From Heteronotia binoei (lineage: Eukaryota), in assembly GCF_032191835.1 (NCBI RefSeq), contig NC_083227.1:137082001-137146000 (forward strand): a stretch of 64,000 nt of DNA, given 5' to 3'. The notes beneath the pieces were generated by a model. The model had not been told where the DNA came from and did no database searches. It worked only from the letters and a program-made list of their open reading frames with translations. Shown here one piece after another: positions 37,990 through 49,847 of the stretch. The number at the start of each line of letters is the position of its first letter. Within the stretch, counting starts at the first letter, position 1. The position numbers were made by a program, and so were the translations under genes.

Positions 37990-39042
37990 GCCTTTCTGAC
38001 CTCCTGAACCTGCCTTTGGAAACTTGGGGGGTGCAAGCATAAGGGGGATGCTTGCCTTGTTTAGCTGAGCCGGCTAAAGCTGAACCCAACGAAGATGGAG
38101 GTTCTCTAAGTCGCAGTGGCCCGGGAAGGGTGATTCCTCTATCAGCCTTCGATGGGGCGCCATTGACACCAGCGTCAAGGGTTAAGAGCTTGGGAGTGCT
38201 CCTGGAGTCCTCCTTACCTATGGAGGCCCAAGTAACGGCCACTGCCAGAGCTGCTTTTTTTCACCTTTGGCAAACATGGCAGTTGGTCTCCTACCTTGAG
38301 CGCAGCGATTTAGCAGTGGTGATCCATGCCTCGGTCACCTCAAAAATCGATTACTGTAACACTCTCTACATGGGGCTGCGTTTGACTCAGATTCGGAAGC
38401 TGCAGCTGGTGCAGAATGCTGCAGTCAGGCAACTAATGGGGTTCCTCTGTCAGGAGCACATTCAGCTTGTGCTGAGAGCGCTGCACTGGCTGCCTGTTGT
38501 GTACCGAATTCGTTTCAAGGTCCTAGTATTAACCTTCAAAGTCCTATACGGCCTAGGACCTATCTATCTGCGGGACCACCTTGCCCCACATGTTCCCCAG
38601 AGAGCACTGCGATAAGCTCTCAAAATCTTCTGGCTGTCCCTGGGCTAAAGGAGGCTAGGCTCAACTCCACCAGAGCAAAAGCCTTCTCAGTTGCGGCCCC
38701 AATACTTTGGAACACCCTTCCAGGAGCCATCAGGGCCCTGCGGGATTTATCACAGTTCTGCAGGGCCTGCAAGACTGAACTGTTTTGGATGGCATATAAC
38801 ATCTAATGGGAGAGTGCTACCACCACATCTGGATCCATAGCGCTTTTATGACAAACTGCCTAGGATCTGTGCACGTGAGAGCGAAAATATTACATGATCT
38901 GCCTGAAGTAGCACCATTGTCATTTATCTGATTGTTTTATTGTTTTAATATTGTTTTTGTTTACTGCCTATTTTATGCTGTTAGCCGCCTTGAGTCTGTA
39001 CAGAATGGGTGGGATATAAATATAACGCAAATAAATAAATAA
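37990..39042 (+). mobile_element. L2 LINE, 5'-truncated
   Basis: ORF 38052-38615 RVKSLGVLL...SKIDYCNTLYMGL...KLQLVQNAAVR...LHWLPV; ends in (TAAA)n. Confidence 0.85.
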
Positions 39043-41065
39043 TTTCCAGTGTCTGGCTGGGGAGGTCTGTCCAGGTGAAGTCTCCCTGTGAATTTGGTGT
39101 CATTGGCTTGTTTCTGAGCCACTTCATAGACTCCTGTAACTGCAGCTGGGGAGGCCTTTTGGGATGTCCATAACTGGAACCCCAGAAATGTAATCCACCC
39201 CCCAACTTGGAGAGATTGTAGAAGAACGGGCAGCAGGTTGAGGTTCCCTGTGCATTTGGTGTGTTCAGCTTGCAGGGGGTCAATTCTATAAATTTTTGAA
39301 CCTGTGCTTGACATTTCCTCCAAAAGCATTTTCTTGGTTTGACTTTAGTCCTGTTGGGCTTGCAGTGTCACAGTGGCACTGAAAATATGTAACCTAAGTG
39401 AAGCTCATAGTGGCATGAATGTTCTACCTATTCTCTTTATAAAAATATGCTTCTAGCATACCCACGACACTGACATGTCATTCTTAACCTACTCTTATGC
39501 TTGAGTGCCTGCCTGTCAGTAACTTTTGCAATCTCTTTTTTCTCTGAGAGGGAAACAAACACCCCAGGACCAGGGTCCTGATATGGAAGAAGGCTGAAAG
39601 GGGTTTCTGTATTCTATGGTTATGAGGCATAATTTGCATTTCAACATACTCATACTGTTGAAATTGGCATATTTTATAAAGCATTTTAACAAACATCTTG
39701 ACTTCTTTAAAAAAAAAAAGTGAGCTAGGTTACTCTTTTCCCTTCCCACTTTGCAGATTAGGAACAAAAGTCAAGAGGGCCCCTCCCTGACGCATGACTC
39801 TGACTCCACTGTCACCTTGTCCTCTCCCATCACCAAGCTGCCCTCAACAAAGCCAAGCCACCCCCCTCTCCCTGATGTGTGACTTGGCCTCCCACCTCAT
39901 CCTGTCCTGCCACCCTCCTTTTTAACATGGCCGGCAAGCACTTATTCTCACAGGTTTTTTATAGCATCACATTTTTTTGAAAAAATTAAAATCAGTAAAT
40001 TAAAAATGTGAAAAGTTTCAAGTTTGGCGCTCTTCAATTTCCCTATATTTTTAATAATGGGGGGGGGGCGGCACTAGTGGGTGATTCATCTAGGGCGTCA
40101 GAAAGCCTAGCACTGGCCCTGCTTGCCCCAAACAGAAAAAACAAAATCTTAGCTGGTGTATTGAATCCAGGTCCAGATAACATTCTGTAACTTGAGGTCC
40201 ACATTCTTTGGGTTGTTATGTGAATCGTCATGTTATCTTTGTAATACTGACATACCTTTTGGTTGAATAATAAGTATTTTGATTGATTGATTGGAATGGC
40301 TTTCATTATACAATGTAAACTCTGTGGCTTCTTAAATGAGTATCATGTATACAATGCAAAGAAATTCATTCTTTCCAAGCATAATATTTAGAGGCTTTGC
40401 TGAACATCCCCCTCCCCACACACACTGTTCATAAAGCCAGTTTATAACGAGTTGTAATTTGGTGGTGGAAAGATGTAGGAACTCTACCTGGGTTTATAAT
40501 TTGAAGTCCAAAAATAGCAGTGAGCAAAATTACAGGCACAGCAATTATCTCAATTAAATACCGTCTGGATGAGCAGATGATACTGTCCGAGTTGGGCTAC
40601 CAGAATGTCTCACTGTTTATGACAGGACAAATTTAAGCTGCCAACATCTGATGATGAAACAGAGCCTCCTACCACTCATGGTTATAGTTACATTTACTCC
40701 TCCGGAGAATATTTTTGCTTCATTATCACCTTTTATAAAATACAATATGTTCCCAAATGTAAACAACATAAGTCCTCCTGTTTATACAAAAGTCACCAAT
40801 TAAAGATGTACTAATATTCTAGTCTGCATGTTCACAAGCAAAACACTTAAGAAAGTAGTCAGTGCTGCTTATTAGCATTATGTCTTTCCTTTTCACTATA
40901 CAGTGACATGGAATTTCATTGCCATCTGCAACATTCCCCCCCTGCCTTGTTTTTGCATAATACTACAATGGAATAAAACCGAGTGCCTGTTTATGAGGAC
41001 TGGATTGTTGGTATCCCTAAGATAGACCTAGAAAACTAGCAGCTTCAGTTTTATATATGTTTCTC

Positions 41066-41357
41066 AGAAGAAAGAAGAAAAAGATGAAGATATTGGATTT
41101 ATATCCCGCCCTCCACTCCGAAGAGTCTCAGAGCGGCTCACAATCTCCTTTACCTTCCTCCCCCACAACAGACACCCTGTGAGGTGGGTGGGGCTGGAGA
41201 AGGCTCTCACAGCAGCTGCCCTTTCAAGGACAACCTCTGCCAGAGCTATGGCTGACCCAAGGCCATTCCAGCAGGTGCAAGTGCAGGAGTGGGGAATCAA
41301 ACTCGGTTCTCCCAGATAAGAGTCCGCACACTTCACCACTACACCAAACTGGCTCTC
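41066..41357 (-). mobile_element. Squam3-like SINE
   Basis: Full-length match to the 37084 copy. Confidence 0.85.
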
Positions 41358-41982
41358 CACTGTTTTCAAGGGCACTTATATCTAAGTAAGTGTGCGTAGG
41401 ATTTCAGCTTTATTATTTCTTGAAAACATTTGTGTGCTGTCTGTTTAAAGACCTGCGTGAGACAGATCACAACTAAAATAAGACAATGAAGCTGAACAAG
41501 CCATTAAAACAAGCCAAGGCATAAAAACATTGAGCATTTGTTACCATAAAGTTGAAGAATATGAAAGATTGAGAAAATGTGCATATAATGAAAATGATAA
41601 AAAGTTACCTGAATAGTTGTAGGTGAGAACAATATTACTTTAGTAGAGCCATCTGTATATTAAATATCAGTGCCACAACTTCATTATCTATCTCCCTTCC
41701 TCCCTCCCCGCTTCTCTAAAAATAAGTGTCCTGAAAGATCATTATCACCTGTTACTGAGAGGCGCTGCCTGTTAATACGGAGCACCCCAACACCTAGAGA
41801 GAGAAAGCGGAGCTCCTATTCCTGGCAACAAAATGGAGTCAGATCAGAAACAGGCCATGAAAATACTCTATTCAAAATGGAGTAGACCGATCAGAGAGTT
41901 TGTTCTGGTTATCACCTGAAGGCTCCCTCTCAGTGCGACCCCACCTATCTCTTCCACCTCCGCCCAAGCAGGATGCATAATA

Positions 41983-42637
41983 GACTTCCGGGCTCCATTG
42001 CCTTGAGCTCAGCAGGGGTCCATGGAGCTTGTCTCTTGTGGCCCCCCTGAATCGGGCTGTTGGAGAGGTGCCACGTCTGTAAAAAGTGAACAATGGAAAA
42101 TGAAGATGGTAGAATATAAGGGGAAAACTCAATACTTGCAGGTAGAAAGGATTAGGTATTTTGTTTTGAGGTAAAAATGTAACTGATATATTTGCAGCTT
42201 TCTTTGTTTCTGTAATGTAATGTAATGTAAAATTTTATTTATATCCCGCCCTCCCCCGCCAGAGCAGGCTCAGGGCGGCTTACAACATTTAAAATGAACA
42301 ATACAATAGTAAAACATTAAGAACACATTAAAACCAATCAGTGATTAAAACATTCCTAGACTAACAGTGGCGGTAAGCATTATTAATTTAGCAGTAAACA
42401 TTGGTACCATCATTAGTGAACGCCTGTTTGAAGAGGGCGGTCTGATCACCCACTCTGTATTTCCCCCTCCCTCTTGATGTTTTTGTACTTGTGCTTATGC
42501 TTTTACTTTTTGTAGTTAAAATTAATAAAATTAATTTAAAAAATTATAAATACATTTTAATTTAAAAAATTATAAATAAATTTTAATTTAATTAATAAAA
42601 TTATAAAATCAATTAAAATCAATTATAATTGATCAAA
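41983..42637 (+). mobile_element. Short head+tail form of the ORF2-less L1-like element, with a nested L2 3' fragment
   Basis: 14-bp TSD CAGGATGCATAATA (41969-41982 / 42638-42651); starts GACTTCCGGG; head and tail align to the two ends of 17479-19848. Confidence 0.7.
42210..42443 (-). mobile_element. L2 3' fragment with (GTAAT)n tail
   Basis: TTTATATCCCGCCCTCCCC...GCTCAGGGCGGCTTACAAC; interrupts the short L1-like element. Confidence 0.7.
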
Positions 42638-42755
42638 CAGGATGCATAATAACATGGGGACTGCTGGTAAGTATCCCCATTCCTTAATTCTCAACTACTG
42701 ATCAATAGCCTCTCCCTTTGTCCCATCTTCCCCACCCAGCTACTTCTATTCACTC

Positions 42756-43229
42756 CCATCTCTGTGGGCGCCAGCAGTTTGAAAAGACAACTACTTTAGA
42801 TTTGGTGTAATTGATAGTAAGTGAATTACAATTACAGTAGTCATAAAAGGCATTCAAATACCTTTGCAGGCCCACTCTTGTACAAGAGAGGATGGTAGTG
42901 TCATCGGCATAAAGTAATAAGGGGACCGCTCGGCCTGCAAGTTTTGGCGGATGACCGTTGACAGGGTTCAAAAATTGTGCCAGGTCAGTTAAAAATAGAT
43001 TAAAAAGATGCGGGGCCAGCACGTAACCTTGTTTAACCCCCTTTAACACTGGGATTTTACTAGTCAAGTCACCGCTAGAAGAAGATTTCACTTGGCAAAA
43101 GGTATTAGAATGAAGTTTTCTCAAGAGAAACAGCAGACGAGGGTCCATTCCCAGGTGACCTAGCTTGATCCATAGTTGGGCTCTATCTATTGAATCAAAA
43201 GCACCCTTCAAATCGATGAAGGCAGCGTA
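42756..43229 (-). mobile_element. Inverted internal RT segment of the adjacent LINE
   Basis: Reverse complement of ~44605-45082 with 6 substitutions and 1 indel; reads KGAFDSIDRAQLW...YADD. Confidence 0.9.
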
Positions 43230-46192
43230 GAAATGGATCTCTCATTTTGGCTTTGAAGCGGTTGAATCCCTTCCACTACAATTATGTTTACCCTGTTGTT
43301 CTAAAGATACTTTAACCAACAAGGCGGGTCTTAGATTAATTGAATTCTGCATAGCGCACAATGTTATAATATTTAATGGTCTCTCCAAATTTCCGGCTGC
43401 AACTGACTTTATTTTTTTTTCCACAAGGGGTTGCAGTGTGATAGATTTTTGTGTGGGTTCACCCAACCTTCTGTCATCTATCAATAACTTTTACATCGAT
43501 CCGCGCACAGAAAGTGACCACCTGCCCCTAACTCTATCCCTAAGATTGGATCTGGAGGTTAATATGGTATCACCTTCCCAATCCGTGAAGGCCCCTGAGA
43601 ATGTTCTAAAAAAAATCAAGTGGTCCCCGGCCCTAGAAAGGGAGTTTTCTTCCCACTTTGGCTCTGAAGCGCTATGCAGATTAAGGGATTCAATCATAAA
43701 TTCCAATTCAGACGATTCAATCCTTTCTGGATTCTCATTATTAATTGATTATTGTAGTGCCAAAGCTAAACCTGTGATCTTGTCTAGGTCTAGTTTCTCC
43801 AGCTGGTTCGATACAGATTGTTTAGCTTGGAAACAAGAACTGAGAGCTCATTTTAAAGAGGCTTGTCACTCCAAAGACCAATCAAAAATTAAGGCCTACA
43901 TTGCTTACAAGACAGCCTACCTGGAGCTTACTACATCCAAAAAGAAAGTTTTCTTTCAGAATAAATGGGACCAATTTTACCACTCGATAAAATCTAACGA
44001 TAATAAGGCTTTCTGGAGAATCATTTCAGGTAATCTAAAAAACAATTCTGTTACTGACCCAAATATCTCTGAGCAAACATGGGTTGATTACTTCTCTAAC
44101 ATTTTTGCTGCTCCATGTGTATCCCCTCCTATCTTAGCAAACCTCTCAGTTACTGATATGCCGGTCTGGCCTCCAGTAACTCTAGAGGAAATCAGTGAGT
44201 TATTGAAGGATTTAAAAGCGGGTAAAGCACCTGGCCCTGATGGCCTTCCCGCTGAGGTATTCACAAAGTTTGCCGATTGGTGGCTCTTGCCCCTTGCAAA
44301 ATTGTTCTCTTTTATCGATCTGCATGGCTCCATCCCTGATTCTTGGCTTGACTCTATAATTATTCCAATATACAAAAAGGGGGGGTTGGAGTTACCAGAA
44401 AATTTCCGCCCCATTAGTTTATTATCTATAGTGGGCAAACTGTATGCAAAACATTTAGAACTCCGATTAACTGACTGGATGCGCCTAGGCAACATCATAG
44501 GTCCTGAACAGATTGGTTTCTCCAAAGGCAAATCTGCTATGGATCACTGCTGCACTCTGGCCTTCCTTGCTGAAAAATATATGCATACCGGGTCAAAAAA
44601 ATTATATGCTGCCTTCATCGATTTGAAGGGTGCTTTTGATTCAATAGATAGAGCCCAACTATGGATCAAGCTAGGTCACCTGGGAATGGACCCTCGTCTG
44701 CTGTTTCTCTTGAGGAAACTTCATTCTAATACCTTTTGCCAAGTGAAATTTTCTTCTAGCGGTGACTTGACTAGTAAAATCCCAGTGTTAAAGGGGGTTA
44801 AACAAGGTTGCGTGCTGGCCCCGCATCTTTTTAATCTATTTTAACTGACCTGGCACAATTTTTGAACCCTGTCAACGGTCATCCGCCTAAACTTGCAGGC
44901 CGAGCGGTCCCCTTATTACTTTGTGCCGATGACACTACCATCCTCTCTTGTACAAGAGTGGGCCTGCAAAGGTATTTGAATGCCTTTTATGACTACTGTA
45001 ATTGTAATTCACTTACTATCAATTACACCAAATCTAAAGTAGTTGTCTTTTCAAACTGCTGGCGCCCACAGAGATGGTTTATTGGCAATTCAACAATCGA
45101 GCAAACAAAATTTTTTAAATACTTGGGGATCACTTTTAACCACAAGTTAAGCTGGGTTTCACATCGTAACAACACCGTCAACTTGGCTAAATGTTCAGCT
45201 GCTCAAATTAAACAGTTTTTCCTTGCAAGGGGCAACCAATTAGTTCCAGCAGCTATTAAAGTGTTCAAAGCCAAAACGCTTGCCCAAATCCTCTATGGTA
45301 TCCCTATTTGGATCTCAGCTTTTACCAGGAAAGTGGAGGGCATTCAAGCCTCATTCTTTAGACAAATTCTTGGTTTGCCAAAATGTGTGTCCTACTTTGC
45401 TCTCTGCTCTGAAGTGGGTCAGTCTTTGGTGGAGACAAAAGCCTGGATTGCAGTGTTTAAATTCTGGCTCAAAATTCATTTTAGAACAGATCCCAACAGC
45501 CTTCTTGATTGTATGAAAAGAGACCCATATATTTCATCCTGGACAGCAGTGCTTCTGTCTAAACTCAATCAATTGGGGTTAGAGGTAGATGATTTTTCTA
45601 CCGCTGATGAGTCATATATCTTCAGATGTATTAAACGGAGACTATGGGAATCGGAGGAAACGAAATTACGGCCAACTGACCCTTATATTTGCTCTCCAGC
45701 TTCCTTAGGTCTTTATGCTTTTTGTGGCAAAATGCCCAATTATCTATCAGACCTAACCACTCCAAGTCATCGCAAGGCATTTATGTTGGCCAGACTAAAC
45801 GCGTTTCCCTCCAAAGTTTTACAAGGGAGATATCAGCGAGTCCCTTTAGCCGACAGACTTTGCTCCTGTGGAGCGAATACCCCTGACTCAATCCAGCATA
45901 TATTGCTTGATTGTTCTTTTTACCATAACCTCCGTAAAGATTTATTTGGCAAGCTTTCTTTTTCTCCAGATTTGTCTATTCTGCCACCCTGTTATTATTT
46001 ATTGAGTGATACTGAGGGGGTGGTTAGTGAGGCTGTGGCAAAATTTCTGGCTGACATCCTTAAATTTAATTCTGACCATGTTTGAATGCATCTGTAAGCT
46101 CGGTTTTATTTTGATTTTATCTCCAATGTTTAAATTTTTATATTCTGTGTATTTTTATCTGAATCTATTATGCCATTAAAGGTTTGGTATGG
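43230..46192 (+). mobile_element. Young 5'-truncated non-LTR retrotransposon (RTE-X-like ORF2: end of APE endonuclease, RT, C-terminal Cys/His motif)
   Basis: Frame open from 43231 (G.SVIDF...SDHLP endonuclease end; FRPISLL; EQIGF; FIDLKGAFD); one 1-bp deletion at ~44840; YADD changed to CADD (TGT 44922-44924); CSCGANTPDSIQHILLDC; stop at 46085; 3' end ATGCCATTAAAGGTTTGGTATGG. Clade assignment is inference. Confidence 0.85.
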
Positions 46193-46408
46193 TATTCACT
46201 CCCCCTGATTGCACCTGTCTCTCAAGGTCTTTGTCTATCTTAGGAAGTTTCTTCATGAGTGTCAAATCTAAACCAATACCAAACCACCCAGTTACACCCT
46301 GACCCACCCTTCTAGTGAATATGTGAAATTCACAATCTATTATTCTTAACGAGAAATCTATTCAAAAGGGCCAACAAAGGGCCATTAAAGACTCCATAGT
46401 AACTAAAG

Positions 46409-47700
46409 CAGGGGTGCTAAACATGCGGCCTGCAGGCCGGATCCAGTCCACAGAGGGCTCCAATCAGGCCCTCCAGCAACTGACTGTTGTCTGCTTCCTT
46501 CTCCCTTGCCTGCTGTGTTTGGTCACCATTTTGTGTTTCTCCCCAGCAATCAGTCGGCCAGCAAAGCAGCCTTTCTTAGCTCCTTCCCTCTCCCCCTCCC
46601 TTTTCCCAAAGGGAGGAGGAGAGAGGAGGAGCCTTAGCCAATGAAAGAGCCTGGCTCTATAGCTCTGCTGGGTGATTAAGTTTGCCAGACTCAATCACCC
46701 TGTAGAGCTACTGAGTCCAGTTTCTCTTCCTTCCTGGCTGAGGCTCCTCCCTTTCCTTGTGCCCTGGGGGAAGGAAGGAAAGCACTGTAGCTTCCTTTGC
46801 CAAGTCTTCACCATCTGGAGAAATACAAAGACCACTTTTCAAACTAGCAACGTTTTATTGAAGGTATGAGCTTTTTGCCTTGCTACAGAGAGAGAGAGGG
46901 GGGAGATTTGTTGGGCTTGTTATGGGTGAAGCTCGGTTCCCCTTATCTTTTTCATTGCATTCATGCCCTCCAGTCTTTCTCAATAGGAAAGCATCTGAAC
47001 TATTTAGAAGAGCAATAACAACAAACCAGGATGAAGTGTGTGTCCTGCTCAGGTTTGCTAAGCAAATTTCCTTTGATTTTTCTTTCACATTTTCCTTTGA
47101 TTGGTGATCTTGAAATTCAACTTCCCAGATAGTAGGCTGATACTGACCACAGTACATGGCTGTCTCTGTTGTTGTACTGCCACATAGGAGTTGTAGTTAT
47201 TTTTCTGGAGAAGACTATAGTTTTACAAACAAGCACATAGCCATCAGTCTGTGCCCTGGTACCTTCACATAATCTTGACCAGCACATGAAGCAGCTTATG
47301 TACAAAAGCTCACAATGCCCAGCTGCTTCATGTTTTCCTCTTGGTCTGAGGCTCAAAGCATTGACTATGAGATCTTTATAATGAATGTCAATAAATCAAA
47401 AGTAGGTTTGCAACTTATAGATGTGCACACTTGAACAACACTTGAACAGCATATTTAAGATTGGTACAGCACAGACATTGTCTGCAGTTTTTGATGCAAT
47501 AATTCATAGCAAGAGATTACATTTATCAGATTATAAAACAAAATATTGCAAAAGTGCTAATGTTTTAAGTAAAAAAAATTGTGCTTGTCTGCGCCCCCTT
47601 TATACAGTTTATATGTCCGCTACCTGGCGTTACATTTTAGGACACACATGGCCCGGCCCGACAAGGTCTCATTTATGTCAAATCCAGCCCTCATAACAAA
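46409..47700 (+). mobile_element. Non-autonomous hAT (Charlie-like CAGGGGTG TIR), right end lost at the L2 junction
   Basis: Starts CAGGGGTGCTAAAC; ends GGCCCGGCCCGACAAGG...CCCTCATAACAAA just short of the right TIR seen in the 51394 copy. Confidence 0.7.
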
Positions 47701-48722
47701 TTTTATTTATTTATTTATTTATTTAGAATTTATATCCCGCCCTTCCCACGAGTGGCTCAGGGTGGCTTCCAACAATAGATCCCACATAGAATTAACAATA
47801 TTTAAACATATAAGGGAATGACGATTTAAAACAGATAAAACAGATAAAACCATAAATATTAATAAATATTCAGAATATATATAAAAAGAAATCTGGCAAG
47901 TTGTGTTAAATTCTCAAGCTAGGTATGGGCTAGCCGAAAGAGGGTCGTCTTACAGGCCCTGCGGAACTGAACAAGGTCCCGCAGGGCCCTCACCTCTTCC
48001 GGCAGCTGATTCCACCATGTAGGGGCCATAACAGAGAAAGCCCTTTCTCTGGTGGATTTCAAGCGGGCTTCTTTCGGCCCAGGGACAGTAAGGAGATTTT
48101 GTGTTCCCGACCTCAGTACTCTCTGGGGTACATGCGGGGAAAGACGGTCCTTCAGGTAGACAGGTCCCAAGCCATATAGGGCTTTAAAGGTGATAACCAG
48201 CACCTTGTACCGGACTCGGTATATCACTGGAAGCCAGTGCAGGGTCCGGAGACCCGGCTGAATGTGTCCCCACTTTGGGAGACCCAGTAACAGCCGGGCC
48301 ACGGCATTCTGCACCAGCTGCAATTTCCGAGTTCGTGACAGGGGCAGCCCCATGTAGAGGGCATTACAGTAGTCCAACCTCGAGGTGACCGTAGCATGGA
48401 TCACTGTTGCTAGGTCGTCGCGCTCCAGGAAGGGGGCCAACTGCCTTGCCCGCCTAAGGTGAAAAAACGCGGACTTGGCCGCGGCTGCTATCTGAGCCTC
48501 CATCTTTAAGGACGGCTCCAATAACACCCCCAAGCTCTTGACCCTGTCCGCCGCTACCAGCGGTGCACCGTCAAAGGCTGGTAGGGGGATTCCCCCTCCC
48601 GGGCCGCGGCAACCCAGGCAAAGGACCTCTGTCTTCGCGGGATTAAGCTTCAGCCCGCTCAGTCTGAGCCACTCAGCCACGGCATGTAATGCCCGATCTA
48701 GATTTTCCGGGGCGTGGGTCAA
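47701..48722 (-). mobile_element. L2 LINE, 5'-truncated, with open 267-codon 3' ORF2 segment
   Basis: LKLNPAKTE...SRLDYCNALYMGLPL...LHWLPV...RRACKTTLFR; (TTTA)n tail at 47701. Confidence 0.9.
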
Positions 48723-49027
48723 TTCCTAGAGATGCCAGAAAATTATAGCTGGAGCTGGCAAAGGCAGCCAACAGCCATGTTTCAGTTTGAGTCACATCTC
48801 ACAGTCTCTTGCTCACTACTTCCATAGTGAGTATGAGTGCTTTATAGAAAAGAAGCATTGAGATATGTTTGGTGGGAATCACATTTTAAATGGGAGCGCA
48901 AGATATGAAGTGACAGACAGCTCAACTGACTAACTGGTATTCACTCAGTACACAGAATTTCAGTATTTGTCTACATTGTAAAAAAAACCCAAAAAACCAC
49001 AGTAACACAACGCACTGCTAGTAACAA

Positions 49028-49210
49028 GGGCTGCCAACTCTGGGCTGTGTATTTCCTAGAGATTTCAGGGATATAGCCTGGGAAAGGTAGGATTTGGGAG
49101 GGACCTCAGTTGGGTGTAATTCCCATAGAGTCCACCTTCCTAAGTAGCTGTTTTCTCCAGGAGAACTGAACTTTGTAGGCTGGAGATCAGCTGTATTTCT
49201 GGAAGCTCTG
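49028..49210. mobile_element. Partial TAGGGTTGCCA-family MITE
   Basis: AGGGCTGCCAAC start; CCATAGAGTCCACCTTCC...TTTTCTCCAGGAGAACTG body. Confidence 0.6.
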
Positions 49211-49847
49211 GAAACACTATGAATCAAGCAGAACTTGGTGAGTGTTTGAGGAAAGTTCCTTCCCTGAACCTCAGTCCAGGATTCACAAATTGCCCAAAAT
49301 TTGGACTGAACTTTGGCTCAGGTTTGGGTCTGTTCCTATCCTTACTACCTAATAGCAACACTTTCACGTGTTGACAAAAATAACAAATCAGTCACTTTCT
49401 CACATATGTAAGTTATGTTGTATGCAGATCGCCAGACCCAATAAATGCAGTCTCCTATGTGAACAGCACCAGCACAGGGGAAATAACTGGGAGGGGGAGT
49501 AGGTGGTTATATGGAATCAGGAATGTCCTCCTGAAGACAGCAATGATTGGTGGAAACACAGTGGGAAAAAAATAAATATAAGGAAATATGTCTTCCGTTG
49601 TATCTGTTAACCAGAGAACTCCTGTTAGCTTTATTGTGCAGATAGCAGGAGCCAACCAACCACCCCATATCCTCCTTGTGAATTCTCCTCTCCTGCCTAG
49701 GCACAATAGTCAGTCCTGGTTACATCAGGGAACTGGCTTTATCCTTTGACTCTCTGTCTTCTCTCCTATTCCGTTTGTGCCTAAACTCATTTTGAACACT
49801 CTAAATCAAGCTACCATGTACCAGATTAACAAATATTAATGAATTAA

